Shown: positions 20,101-29,291 of the stretch, piece after piece | Position numbering within the stretch: position 1 is the stretch's first letter | How the letters are laid out: each line of letters opens with the position of its first letter | Assembly (NCBI GenBank): GCA_965238005.1 | Contig: OZ250165.1 | Span: forward strand, 2,496,001-2,560,000 | Direction of reading: 5' to 3' | DNA length: 64,000 nucleotides | Source of the DNA: Longimicrobiales bacterium | GTDB lineage: Bacteria; Gemmatimonadota; Gemmatimonadetes; Longimicrobiales; Gaopeijiaceae | The notes under the pieces: generated by a model | Database searches by the model: none | Seen by the model: the letters and a program-made list of their open reading frames with translations, nothing else | What the model was told of the DNA's origin: nothing | Made by a program: the position numbers and the translations under genes

Positions 20101-20327
20101 ATCGGCAGCGTGTAGAGGTCGCCCAGCAGGTCGAAGATCAGCGTCCGCCCGTCGGGCGACACATCCACCGACATCCAGGTCCCCTCGTCCACCGTGTATT
20201 TGAGGTCGAGCGCCGGCCCGTGGATCTCTTCGACTGACCAGGGCTTCGCGGGCGCCTGCGCGCTCGCCGGTCCTGGGAGAAGAAGCAGGCCCAGGAGCAA
20301 CGCCACTGAGGGTATGATAGCGGTCAC
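17169..20327 (-). CDS. Amidohydrolase family protein with N-terminal TolB/PD40 beta-propellers
   Basis: EGTWMSVDVSPDG, IIPGFIDLHAH, GSHGQVQG, GSLEPGKIADL; signal peptide after GTG 20327 with GGAGG. Confidence 0.88.
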   Translation of the reverse strand: MTAIIPSVALLLGLLLLPGPASAQAPAKPWSVEEIHGPALDLKYTVDEGTWMSVDVSPDGRTLIFDLLGDLYTLPIAGGKATRFTSGTRWDATPRFSPDGRRVLFASDPSGSDQLWVIPVEGGTPTMITKDGNYRYGAPSSGGGYQYGSPSWDPSGQFIFTAREELPFSRLGEYVMMHHQGGSGTPVAEDGAAGLVASADGRWLYYTLDNRIERLDRRTGEKTTVVSGYADVSRPAISPSGRLLSFATTIDAVPRLILRDLDSGRDRILYSGLDYTRRSGSGDLDDLPGYAFTPDERAIVFTADGKFRRVDLASGAMTVIPFTADVELTVTETLNPKHTLSDGPFSPKVLHWVQALGANELILGAAGKLYRYDTKSRRATPFANGPGLQYAPAVSPDGQWVAYVDWDDSIGGRLMRAPAAGGPGTSLGVRPGRYQNISWSLDGKKLVVSEQRMEADGYTEQDYHFHWLDAESGGELHIITSVTARGNWRKPPQRATFDESGERIYYTVPYAAPGAPASGYMPLAVRVCSVTLDGADRQCIAHFEFADELMPSPDGRWVLYTERQNVYLAALPPPGKDPTLVQSGGGAFPVYLLGPQGDYLYWMDGGKRLLWSWGPKVYQVDLASASSGERVAPQVTDVSFELPRVQGEGHLLLRNARLITMKGDEVLESGDILVSNGRIAAVGPAGQVEAPVSATTMDLSGKTIIPGFIDLHAHLICCSGSQAQGHLYLQRNPFLMANLAYGVTTWRDPSIRSQTLFGMAELVEAGTALGPRMHGTGDIFMHVKNHCCGVPNDLEEARRLVRNQKALGATSIKDHTVPRRDQVQWIIQASREEGLQVVEDPARGPRREIRPLMDGATSLEHVYAAAPAKKDVIELFARTGAFYVPTLVSGGFESYFVTTTSPHDDEKLRRFIPHVFLDREVQGHNQWLMPHELPTWRSEVVRDLVRAGGKVGMGSHGQVQGLGSHWEVWAMASGGLTPFEALRSATLTGAEAMGMKDDLGSLEPGKIADLMVLDRNPLVDLRNTNSIRYVMKAGVMWEGDTMDEVWPNKGKR

Positions 20328-20512
20328 TTGAACCTCCGTGATCGAGGAGAGAGGGAGGATGAGAATTCCAAACGCCGTTTTTGCGTGGGCGTGCAGTGTA
20401 GAACGGGGAGGGTGGACCGTCAAGAAGGCGCAGGCTGCCCGGATGCGACGCTTGATCTCTCCGTGCAGCCGCTCGAGTCCGTCGGTCGTCCTTGGCTGCA
20501 GATGCTCCTTTT

Positions 20513-20597
20513 TGTGCGCTGGGCGAGTTCACAATACGTTCAGTGTCGTAGCGCCAGTGACCGGGTCGCCGACCGCTGATTTGCAGAGTCGTTAGCA
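20513..20597 (+). other. Degenerate 3' half of an integron attC-like site
   Basis: ...GGGTCGCCGACCGCTGATTTGCAGAGTC-GTTAGCA about 40 nt before the CocE start codon. Confidence 0.5.
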
Positions 20598-20632
20598 GCC
20601 CGAGAAGAACCGTCACCCGCTGAAGGAGCCGA

Positions 20633-22447
20633 ATGATGAAACTTACATACTCTAAAGTTTTCTTGTTCGTTGGAATCGGGATGATCTCTTTTACGTCTCG
20701 CGTATGGGCGCAAGATGCAGGCGTCGAGATTAGGGTAGACCGAAAGATCCCGATGCGTGATGGGGTGCAATTGTCGGCGATCATCTGGAAACCCGCCAAC
20801 CAGCAAGAACCCCTACCGGTTGTACTTGTCAAGACGCCTTATATCGCCGATGGAGACCATCACCTGGCCCTCAAATTTGTTGACAATGGATACGTCTACG
20901 TCAGCGTAGACCGTCGGGGGCGAGGGAATTCAGAGGGTGAATTCAATCCCTTAGAAGACAGTGGACTAGATGGCTATGATGTGATTGCCTGGTTGGCAAA
21001 ACAGCCTTGGAGCAATGGACAGATTGCGATGCGCGGGGGATCGTACCGGGGTATGGTGCAGTGGAAAATTATGGCCGAGCATCCCCAGCAACTAATCTCG
21101 ACAGTTCCGACTGCCCCCGTATATCCAGGGCATACCTTTCCTAAGACCAAAAACATCTTCATGAGTTATATGGCTGCCTGGTTGGCTTTTACCAACACAC
21201 GCACAGGCAACACCGAATTATTTGGGGCAAGACAATATTGGTCTGAGAAATACCAAGAAATGTATACGGAGCATCTTCCTTTCCGTAAGCTCGATAGCCT
21301 TACGGCAACCAATTCCCGCATCTTTCACCGGTGGTTGGACCATCCCAGTCATGATGCGTACTGGCAGAGCCTAACTCCCTCAGCTGAAGACTATGCCGGC
21401 ATCAACATGCCTATCTTGACCATCACCGGCCATTTTGACGCAGATCAACCGGGGGCCATGCGTTATTACCGAGAGCATATGCAGTATGCCTCGTCCGAAG
21501 CTCGTGACCAACATTACCTTCTCATGGGACCTTGGAGCCATGGAGGGACACGCAATCCTGAAAAAGAGTTGGGCGGGTTTACCTTTGGGGATAATAGTGT
21601 CTTAGATATGGATCAACTTCAGATCGATTGGTTTGATTGGGTGCTGAAAAGGGGCGAAAAACCTGAGATCCTGAAGGATAGAGTCAATTTCTATGTGATG
21701 GGCGATCAACAGTGGCGGCATGTGAATACGCTGGGGGAGATGCACAACGATACACGCACGTTCTATCTAACATCGGAAAACAGTGGCGCGAACGATGTAT
21801 TTCACTCCGGTACCCTAAGTGAAAGTATTCCACCCGAGCAAAATCCCGACGCCTTCGTCTACGACCCCTTAGATACATCTGCCGTCGTATCGACACCGCA
21901 GGGTTTCTCGAATCGGTCTTATCTAAGTCAGACCGTTGCGTTTGATGAGAATGTGCTTGTTTACCACAGTTCACCGTTAGCGGTAGAAACAACGCTTTCA
22001 GGAGTTATCAAGTTCACAGCCTATCTCTCGATGGATGTACCTGACACCGATTTGCTGGCTAGCTTATACGCTATCCTGCCCGACGGGATGAGCTACTACC
22101 TGGGCAACGATATGGTTCGGGCACGGTACCGTAAGAGTTTGTCACAAGCCGAGTTGGTCGCATCTGATCAGACAGAGGAGTACATTTTTGATGGATTCTA
22201 CCTCACGGTGCGCACGCTGCCTAAGGGTACCCGTTTACGGCTAATTCTTGGCTCTGTGAATTCAGCTAACTGGCAGAAAAACTACAACTCAGGTGGCGAG
22301 ATCAGCGAGGAAACGGCAAAGGATGCCCGTACAGCAACGATCAAGGTTCATATGGGGGGGACTCATGCCAGTTTTTTAGAATTGCCCATCTTGCGTTCAC
22401 AGAAAGAACCGGAGCATGCTACAGAAACACTTGGTAATCAAAGATAG
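20633..22447 (+). CDS. CocE/NonD family (S15) serine hydrolase, exported
   Basis: IPMRDGVQL, DRRGRGNSEG, nucleophile GGSYRG, MGPWSH; visibly more AT-rich than its neighbours. Confidence 0.9.
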   Translation: MMKLTYSKVFLFVGIGMISFTSRVWAQDAGVEIRVDRKIPMRDGVQLSAIIWKPANQQEPLPVVLVKTPYIADGDHHLALKFVDNGYVYVSVDRRGRGNSEGEFNPLEDSGLDGYDVIAWLAKQPWSNGQIAMRGGSYRGMVQWKIMAEHPQQLISTVPTAPVYPGHTFPKTKNIFMSYMAAWLAFTNTRTGNTELFGARQYWSEKYQEMYTEHLPFRKLDSLTATNSRIFHRWLDHPSHDAYWQSLTPSAEDYAGINMPILTITGHFDADQPGAMRYYREHMQYASSEARDQHYLLMGPWSHGGTRNPEKELGGFTFGDNSVLDMDQLQIDWFDWVLKRGEKPEILKDRVNFYVMGDQQWRHVNTLGEMHNDTRTFYLTSENSGANDVFHSGTLSESIPPEQNPDAFVYDPLDTSAVVSTPQGFSNRSYLSQTVAFDENVLVYHSSPLAVETTLSGVIKFTAYLSMDVPDTDLLASLYAILPDGMSYYLGNDMVRARYRKSLSQAELVASDQTEEYIFDGFYLTVRTLPKGTRLRLILGSVNSANWQKNYNSGGEISEETAKDARTATIKVHMGGTHASFLELPILRSQKEPEHATETLGNQR

Positions 22448-22490
22448 AAGAACTGCAATCTTGGCATGAGTTGCCAGAGACACGTCCGTT

Positions 22491-22524
22491 GGGGTCGCTA
22501 AACCGAGCGTATGCAGCCGACCCC
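22491..22524 (+). other. Degenerate 5' half of an attC-like site
   Basis: GGGGTCGCTAAACCGAGCGTATGCAGCCGAC; near-complement of GTTAGCAGCCC at 20591. Confidence 0.45.
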
Positions 22525-22535
22525 AAACTCAGTCC

Positions 22536-22584
22536 CTGCCCGACTAGACACAGCCCGCCGGAATGGCCCGTCCCGGACCCGGGG
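22536..22584 (+). repeat. Dispersed ~49-bp repeat, copy 1
   Basis: CTGCCCGACTAGACACAGCCCGCCGGA...CCGTCCCGGACCCGGGG; similar to 28276-28324. Confidence 0.7.
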
Positions 22585-22845
22585 TCGGGTCCGTCGGCAT
22601 CCCTTGACCATCCAACGCATCCGCTCGTCGCGTCCTTATTCACCGGCCATCTTTATCGGGAAGGAGAGCGTCTCGCTGTCGCCCAACGTCTCCTGGGGGC
22701 GACGGGGTTCCACGAGAAGCGCCCACCCCTGTTCTCTTGACGAGCACCGCACGCCATTGCGCCCGCCCATCTCTCGACAACGGGCAACGCCGGATGACCA
22801 GAGGGACCCAATAACCCTTTGCAACTTTCTACTGGAGACGAATTC

Positions 22846-24672
22846 ATGATCTATCGCAGAGTAGCGGATGTTCCATTCTGTTCTAAGTTGCTTTTCGCGG
22901 TGCTACTCATGATGCCGCACGGCCTGCGGGCGCAGAATGCGGAGATAGACTTGCCCACGGGCTGGGAGGGTGATGCGCCGGTGCTCTCTTCGCTCGTCAA
23001 TTTTGCTCGCAGTGAGAGCAATCTGCGAGTAGCCGTGAAGCGCTATGTGGAAGACAAGGCGTCCATCGAACGGCGTTATGAAGTGCTCTACTCACCCGCC
23101 CGCAACCAGCGCCTGAACACCTTCCACCGGGCTTGGCTGCAGCGCCTCGAGGAACTTGACTTCGATGCCCTGAATCACGAAGGCCAGATCGATTACATCG
23201 CGCTTCGCAACCGCGTCGAATATGACCTTGAGACACTGCATCTTGCCGAACGACAAGCGAAGGAGATGGTGCCGCTGCTCCCATTCGGAGATCAGCTCCG
23301 CTTGTTGCAGGAAGATCGGCACGACCGGAAACGGGTCGATCCGCAGACAGCAGCCACGACACTGGACGAGGTCACGCAGCAGGTGACCGGTCTGACGCGC
23401 GCGCTTGTTGCGGAGGCGCGGGAAGCAGGAGGTTTGGTAACGCGAAGCGGCATTTCGCCCGTAATCGCCTGGCGGGCCGCCAGACAGATCGAGCATCTTC
23501 GCACCGTGCTGGCGGATTGGAACACGTTTTACGATGGCTATGACCCGATCTATTCCTGGTGGGTACGTGAACCCTATGGCCGGGTGGACGCCGCCTTGCA
23601 GGATTACGTCGGCGCCATCGACGAACATCTAGTAGATATCAAACCGGGCGGAAAAGCACCCATCATCGGTGACCCGGTCCTGGCCGACGGCCTGCGCGTC
23701 GAGCTGGACGTACAGATGATCCCGTACACTCCGGAGGAACTGATCGCCATCGGCCAACGGGAGTTTGATTGGATCGAAAACCAGTTCAGGATCGTATCCC
23801 GGGAGATGGGCTATGGCGACGACTGGAAAGCCGCGCTTGAGTATGCCAAGAGCCTCGCACCGCCGCCCGGTGAGAAGCCGTGGCTCATCTTCGAAATTCA
23901 AGAATACTCGGAAGACTTCGTCGCGAAGCTCGATATGATCACCTTGCCGCCGCTCACGCGGGAGGTCTGGCGTCTCGCAATGCAGACGCCGGAGAGGCAG
24001 ATCATCAATCCGTTCTTCAGTGGGGGTGAGGTCACGCGGGTCTCCTATCCGACGGACGGGATGGCCCATCAGGACAAGCTGATGAGTATGCGCGGCAACT
24101 CGCCGCACCTCAACTTTGGCAGCGTGCAGCATGAGCTCGTTCCCGGTCATTACATGCAGGGGTTCCTGACCCGTCGTTTCAATCCACATCGAGGTGAGCT
24201 TCTGCGCACTCCGTTTTGGGGCGAAGGCTGGGCGCAGTATTGGGAGTTTCAGCTCTTGCCGCGGGATTTTCCGCGCAACAACCCGGACAAGGTCGGCATG
24301 CTGTTTTGGCGATTGCATCGCGCTTCGCGAATCATCTTTTCGCTCAACTATCAGCTCGGCAACTGGACCCCAAAACAGGCGGTCGATTTTCTTGTGGAAC
24401 GGGGCGGGCACGAGCGCGCGAATGCGGAGGCAGAGGTACGCCGCAGCGCCATGGCTTCGCCGCTTTACCAGGCGGGCTATATGATTGGCGCGCTCCAGTT
24501 TCGCTCACTCTACCAGGAACTGGTCGAGTCCGGCCGGATGAGCGCGACGCAATTTCATGACGCCATCATGTTGGGCGGTCGTTTGCCCGTCGAACTGGTA
24601 CGCGCTCGGCTAACCAATCAACCACTCACCCGAAACTACAGGAGTCAGTGGCGTTTCGACAGCCTACCCTAA
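22846..24672 (+). CDS. DUF885 family protein (putative metallopeptidase)
   Basis: HELVPGHYMQ, FWGEGWAQYWE, YQAGYMIGALQ, FHDAIM. Confidence 0.85.
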   Translation: MIYRRVADVPFCSKLLFAVLLMMPHGLRAQNAEIDLPTGWEGDAPVLSSLVNFARSESNLRVAVKRYVEDKASIERRYEVLYSPARNQRLNTFHRAWLQRLEELDFDALNHEGQIDYIALRNRVEYDLETLHLAERQAKEMVPLLPFGDQLRLLQEDRHDRKRVDPQTAATTLDEVTQQVTGLTRALVAEAREAGGLVTRSGISPVIAWRAARQIEHLRTVLADWNTFYDGYDPIYSWWVREPYGRVDAALQDYVGAIDEHLVDIKPGGKAPIIGDPVLADGLRVELDVQMIPYTPEELIAIGQREFDWIENQFRIVSREMGYGDDWKAALEYAKSLAPPPGEKPWLIFEIQEYSEDFVAKLDMITLPPLTREVWRLAMQTPERQIINPFFSGGEVTRVSYPTDGMAHQDKLMSMRGNSPHLNFGSVQHELVPGHYMQGFLTRRFNPHRGELLRTPFWGEGWAQYWEFQLLPRDFPRNNPDKVGMLFWRLHRASRIIFSLNYQLGNWTPKQAVDFLVERGGHERANAEAEVRRSAMASPLYQAGYMIGALQFRSLYQELVESGRMSATQFHDAIMLGGRLPVELVRARLTNQPLTRNYRSQWRFDSLP

Positions 24673-24820
24673 GCCAAATTACCCTAAGCCAACTAATGTG
24701 AGAATGCGCCAAAAAGAGCTTGCCGCCGCTGGCTTCGCCACACCAGCCCTCCTCCGACCGCACCCCGACTCGGGTCCGCCGAGTCCCTAAAGTCGAGCGG
24801 CCCGCTGAGTGGAGAGAACA

Positions 24821-26296
24821 ATGAAATTCGAAGGAATTATCCCACCGGTCACAACACCGTTTGGAAAGGACGGTTCGGTGGACGCAGCTCGCCTCTTCCC
24901 GCCTAGACCGACCAAACGCCGACGTCTCTGGGTCGCTGTGACTCTGGCGACAGCCGTGGCGTTCTTCGAACCTGGGGCCACCGCGTCCGCGGAAACTCGT
25001 CCGCCCGTCGTGGCACCCCTCTCCACCGGCCAACAGGCAGGCTCGGCTCTGGAACGCACTCTCCGGGAATGGGAGGTCAAGAAGGAGAAGATGGAGCTTC
25101 ACCTCCGGCCCGCCATGCGCCGTCACGGCATCGGCATGTGGATCCTCATGAGCCGGGAGTTTCACCCGGATCCAGTTCTCGATCTGTTCGGCGGCCACGG
25201 CATCTCGGGCTGGTACGGGCATCGCAACGCCTACATCTTCCGCGATCCGGGCGGCGACCGCCCTCTGGAGAGCGTGATTCTCGGCACTCACCAGAGTGAG
25301 CACATGCATCGCTTCTTCGAGCGCATCGAGAGCTACGGGGAAGAGGGACTGGCACCGCACTTGCGTGAATACGTGCAGCAAGCGGATCCGGGGCGCATCG
25401 CCATCAACCGGTCAAGGACGGTAGCGATGGCCGACGGCATCACTGCCGCGTTGCTTGCGTACCTCGAGGAGGCTGTCGGCCCGGAGTATTCATCGCGGCT
25501 CGTGTCGTCAGAACCGCTGGTGATCGACTATGTGAGCCGCCGCACGCCTGCGGAGCTGGCAATCGAGACCGAGGCGAGCTGGCGCACATGGAACATCCTT
25601 CGCCGGGCTTTCTCCAATGAGGTCATCACACCGGGTCGCACCCGTCTGATGGAGGTCTGGGGATGGATCGTCGACGAATGGAAATCCCAGCACCTGGATT
25701 TCAACTTCGCGCCCGGCCTGACTATCTACCGGCGTGGCGAGCCCGAGGGCATCGACGACTCCGCCGATCCAGTCATCGAGCCGGGGGACCTGCTTCACGT
25801 CGACTTCGGCGTTCGGCTGATGGGCCTGGTCACCGACCAGCAGCACCTCGCCTACGTGCTGCGCCCGGGCGAAACGGAGCCGCCCGCGGGCTTGCAAGAC
25901 GTCTTCCAGCAGTCGGTACGGGTGGCGGAGATCTATGCGGAGGAGCTGAAGCCGGGCCGGGCGGGTCACGAAGTCAAGGACATCGCCGAGCGCCGTGCCC
26001 GCCAGGAAGGGATCGATGCCTTGCTCTACGGGCACACGCAAGGCAACTGGGTGCACGGCGTGGGGGCCCGCACCGTGTTTGACTGGCCAGAGCGTTACGG
26101 CATCTTTCCGCGGGAGCCGGTGCGAATCGGAGAGTTCTGGTCGATCGAGTTCCGGGTGAGGGCGCCGGTGCCGGAATGGGATGGTCAGGTCGTGCCCATT
26201 CCCCGAGAGGAGGACGCCTGGATCGATTCCGATGGCACGGCCCGCTTCCTGACGGGCCCACAAACAGAGCTCTGGATCGTTCGCAGCGGTGGTTGA
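24821..26296 (+). CDS. M24 family metallopeptidase with an apparently chimeric N-terminus
   Basis: IEPGDLLHVDFG, TDQQHLAYVL, HTQGNWVHGVG, WSIE, EEDA; the first ~25 aa look like a DapA-family N-terminus. Confidence 0.8.
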   Translation: MKFEGIIPPVTTPFGKDGSVDAARLFPPRPTKRRRLWVAVTLATAVAFFEPGATASAETRPPVVAPLSTGQQAGSALERTLREWEVKKEKMELHLRPAMRRHGIGMWILMSREFHPDPVLDLFGGHGISGWYGHRNAYIFRDPGGDRPLESVILGTHQSEHMHRFFERIESYGEEGLAPHLREYVQQADPGRIAINRSRTVAMADGITAALLAYLEEAVGPEYSSRLVSSEPLVIDYVSRRTPAELAIETEASWRTWNILRRAFSNEVITPGRTRLMEVWGWIVDEWKSQHLDFNFAPGLTIYRRGEPEGIDDSADPVIEPGDLLHVDFGVRLMGLVTDQQHLAYVLRPGETEPPAGLQDVFQQSVRVAEIYAEELKPGRAGHEVKDIAERRARQEGIDALLYGHTQGNWVHGVGARTVFDWPERYGIFPREPVRIGEFWSIEFRVRAPVPEWDGQVVPIPREEDAWIDSDGTARFLTGPQTELWIVRSGG

Positions 26297-26341
26297 GACG
26301 GTCGTGCGACAGAATCCACAAACCGAAACAGGAGGTCCGAG

Positions 26342-27961
26342 ATGGGATACACGAGTAGAGCCAACAAGCTGACACGATGCCTTCTTGTGTCGGTTTCACT
26401 GCTGGCCGTGTGTGCAGTGCTGTTCTCGAGCGAAGAGGCAACCGCGCAGACTGGAGATTTCGGCAACCTGGCAGATGGGCCTTACGACAGGCTGGTCATC
26501 CTCAATGCCATGGTCCTTCCGGGCCATGGGGGTCCGCCGGTGGGCCCGTACGACATCGTCATCGAGGGGAATCGGATCACCGACATGACCATATTCGATC
26601 CGGTGACGGTTGGGCGCCGGGGCGATGCGACGCGTGCCACCGGTGATCGCGTCATCGATGCCGAAGGCATGTACGTGATGCCGGGCATGATCGATCTGCA
26701 TATGCATCTGCGACAGTTGCCGATGGAGCTCGAGTATGTGTACTACCTCAAACTGGCTCATGGCGCGACGACGATGGTTGTGGCTCCAGACCGGGGTCTC
26801 GAGCAGGCTATCGAGGAGGCGCAACGGAGCGCCGACAACGACATACTAGCCCCAAGAATGTTTCCCATCTTCGGTTGGGGTGCCGGCACCGACTACGACC
26901 GTGAATTTCTCGAGAATCCAGCGAACGCTCAGACGGTGGCGACGGAAATGGTCGCCGCCGGGGCGCACGTGGTCACTGTCGGCCCGCTCGGCTGGAATCC
27001 GGAGCTACTGGGCGCGGTCTGCAAGGCCGTTTATGACGCTGGAGGCATCACGACATATCACATTCCCCCCAGCACGACCCCCGTCACCAACGCGGTCGAT
27101 GCCGCCCGATTGGGCGTAACGATGATCGAGCACCATTATGCCTATGCCGAATCCTCACTGGACCGGACGGTGCAGGATTACCCGAGAGACTACAGCTACA
27201 ACGACGAGGACGCCCGCTTCCGCCATGCCGGAAAGGTATGGACAGAGGCCAACAAAGACCGACTCCTGAACGAGGTCGCAGATGCTCTCGTGGAATCCGG
27301 CGTACACATGCTCCCCACACGCGTCACTTATGAGGCCAATCGCGACTGGCTCCGAAAGATCAGCCGCCCTTGGCACGAGAAGTACACCCATCAGGCCCTG
27401 ATCGACTGGAGCGTGCCAAACCCTAACCTGCACGCCGTCTTTCATTATGACTGGACCTCCGACGACGAGTACTACTGGTACTATGCGTTCGATCTGTGGG
27501 GAGACTTGATCTTCGAGTTCAACAAACGCGGTGGCCACGTCTCCTATGGCACAGATGACAACTACACATGGGGCACCCCTGGCTTTTCAAATATCCGTGA
27601 GCTGCAGCTGCTCAGAGAAACCGGTATGCATACGCTGGAAGTACTCCGCGCGGCGACCCACTACAGTGCCCAGACCCTGCGCCAGGACAGACTCGGCCTG
27701 GTACGTCCCGGCTATATTGCTGATCTGCTCATCGTGGACGGCAGTCCCGTTTATAACCTGCGGTTCCTGTATTCGTTCGGTGCGCTGACCCTGGATGAGA
27801 ACGGCCAGATGTATCGCACGAAGGGAATCGTACATACCATCAAAGATGGAATCGTTATCAATAACGACAAGTTGATGGAAGAGGTCGCCCGAATGGTCAA
27901 GGAATCAAAAAAGGGTGTCGACCCGGTCAATGCCGTGAATGAGCCGTTTATTGTCAGGTAA
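26342..27961 (+). CDS. Exported amidohydrolase family protein
   Basis: YVMPGMIDLHMH, YGTDD, GLVRPGYIADLLIVDG; signal peptide. Confidence 0.85.
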   Translation: MGYTSRANKLTRCLLVSVSLLAVCAVLFSSEEATAQTGDFGNLADGPYDRLVILNAMVLPGHGGPPVGPYDIVIEGNRITDMTIFDPVTVGRRGDATRATGDRVIDAEGMYVMPGMIDLHMHLRQLPMELEYVYYLKLAHGATTMVVAPDRGLEQAIEEAQRSADNDILAPRMFPIFGWGAGTDYDREFLENPANAQTVATEMVAAGAHVVTVGPLGWNPELLGAVCKAVYDAGGITTYHIPPSTTPVTNAVDAARLGVTMIEHHYAYAESSLDRTVQDYPRDYSYNDEDARFRHAGKVWTEANKDRLLNEVADALVESGVHMLPTRVTYEANRDWLRKISRPWHEKYTHQALIDWSVPNPNLHAVFHYDWTSDDEYYWYYAFDLWGDLIFEFNKRGGHVSYGTDDNYTWGTPGFSNIRELQLLRETGMHTLEVLRAATHYSAQTLRQDRLGLVRPGYIADLLIVDGSPVYNLRFLYSFGALTLDENGQMYRTKGIVHTIKDGIVINNDKLMEEVARMVKESKKGVDPVNAVNEPFIVR

Positions 27962-28275
27962 GGTCGCTCGAAAGAGGACGTCTCAACACGGTCGTCGCGC
28001 TGGGTCGTGACCAGGACGAGGGGTCGGCTGCGCCACCACCTGCGTGCCCTTCCAAGCCGGCCTCCTCCCCTGACCGCCGCCGGCGTCCCACCCCAGACTG
28101 GGCTCGGATTGAGCTCCGGTTGCCTTCGACAATCCTCGCTCGTCTCGGCGGTCGGCATCGCTCAGTGGTTTACATCTTGGCGCCTCGGCTCGATCAGTCT
28201 TCGGGTTTCGATGCCACGGAGCCGGAGCCGACGCCCGACCACGCTTCGCGCGGTGCCCTCGAGTTCGATCAGCCG

Positions 28276-28324
28276 CTGCCCGACTGAGACACAGCCCGAC
28301 GGACCCGCCGTCGCGGACCCGGGG
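28276..28324 (+). repeat. Dispersed ~49-bp repeat, copy 2
   Basis: CTGCCCGACTGAGACACAGCCCGACGGA...CCGTCGCGGACCCGGGG. Confidence 0.7.
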
Positions 28325-28462
28325 GTTCCAAACGCAACCCCATCGTGGAGGGTGGGCGGTAGGCTGGCTGAATTGCGTGCCGCTAAATTGGCTAGCACGC
28401 ATATGAACGGCTCTTCCGGTCCTCCTGCCCAAATCGGGCTAGGATTTCAGCGGCCTCCGGGT

Positions 28463-29104
28463 TTAGGGGTACAAAGACCTGAATGCGCCGCCGTCTGCGG
28501 TGGAGAACGGCGAGGCCTGCCCGATGTCATCCCAGACCTCGAGCTGTTCGCGAAAGCGCATGAAGTAGGCGACGAAGTCACCACCATACTGGAACGAGTA
28601 CATAATGTCCGCGAAAGCACTGGTATGGGGGAGCCCAAACGCATGGCCTAGCTCATGAACACAGGTCAGATAAACGACCGTATCCCTGAAGAGCGGATCC
28701 AGCCTCGCCCTTCGCGCGATGTCCGGCCTAAGACCGTCGGTATCTGGGCGCACGAACACGTCGGCGGCGAGCCGCCCCTCCACTAGTCGTCCTCGCATCT
28801 CACCGTATAGACCCGCGCCCCCGGGCACCCAATAGACGCGAATGGTCGCGGACGCTTCAGGGCCCGGCACCATGTCCACGGGGGGATCGGCCTGCCTGCC
28901 CCACGCCCCTAGCGCCCATTCGGCCAGGGTCCGGTCTCCCTCCTTGAACCCCGATTCGGCCGAGCCTTCCGCAATGAAGTACGTGATGGACTCTGAAGAG
29001 TCCAACCGCCAGACGTCCTGCTGGGAGTAGGCCGCGACCGGGGCGTTGAGGGTCCCGGCCGCGATCGTGAGCGCCCCAACCCAGAGAATGCGCAGTCTCG
29101 CCAT
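28463..29104 (-). CDS. Matrixin-like (metzincin) zinc metalloprotease
   Basis: HELGHAFGLPH zinc motif, DIMY Met-turn, signal peptide. Confidence 0.85.
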   Translation of the reverse strand: MARLRILWVGALTIAAGTLNAPVAAYSQQDVWRLDSSESITYFIAEGSAESGFKEGDRTLAEWALGAWGRQADPPVDMVPGPEASATIRVYWVPGGAGLYGEMRGRLVEGRLAADVFVRPDTDGLRPDIARRARLDPLFRDTVVYLTCVHELGHAFGLPHTSAFADIMYSFQYGGDFVAYFMRFREQLEVWDDIGQASPFSTADGGAFRSLYP

Positions 29105-29264
29105 AACACCCGAACGTCCGTTACTATGCCTTCCACTGCAAGGTCTTCCGGGCGGAACGAACCAGGATCGCAGTCGATAAGAAAAAGGTAAAGCAGAAGC
29201 TAAGCCGCCGCGCCGAATCACGGCAAACGGTTGTTTGTAAATCACTCATGTGGCAGTGCCAATC

Positions 29265-29281
29265 TTGGCACGGACCTTGTC
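29265..29281 (+). promoter_or_regulatory. sigma54 (-24/-12)-like promoter
   Basis: TTGGCACGGACCTTGTC vs consensus YTGGCACGRNNNTTGCW; the -12 GC is GT here. Confidence 0.55.
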
Positions 29282-29291
29282 ATAGAAACGG

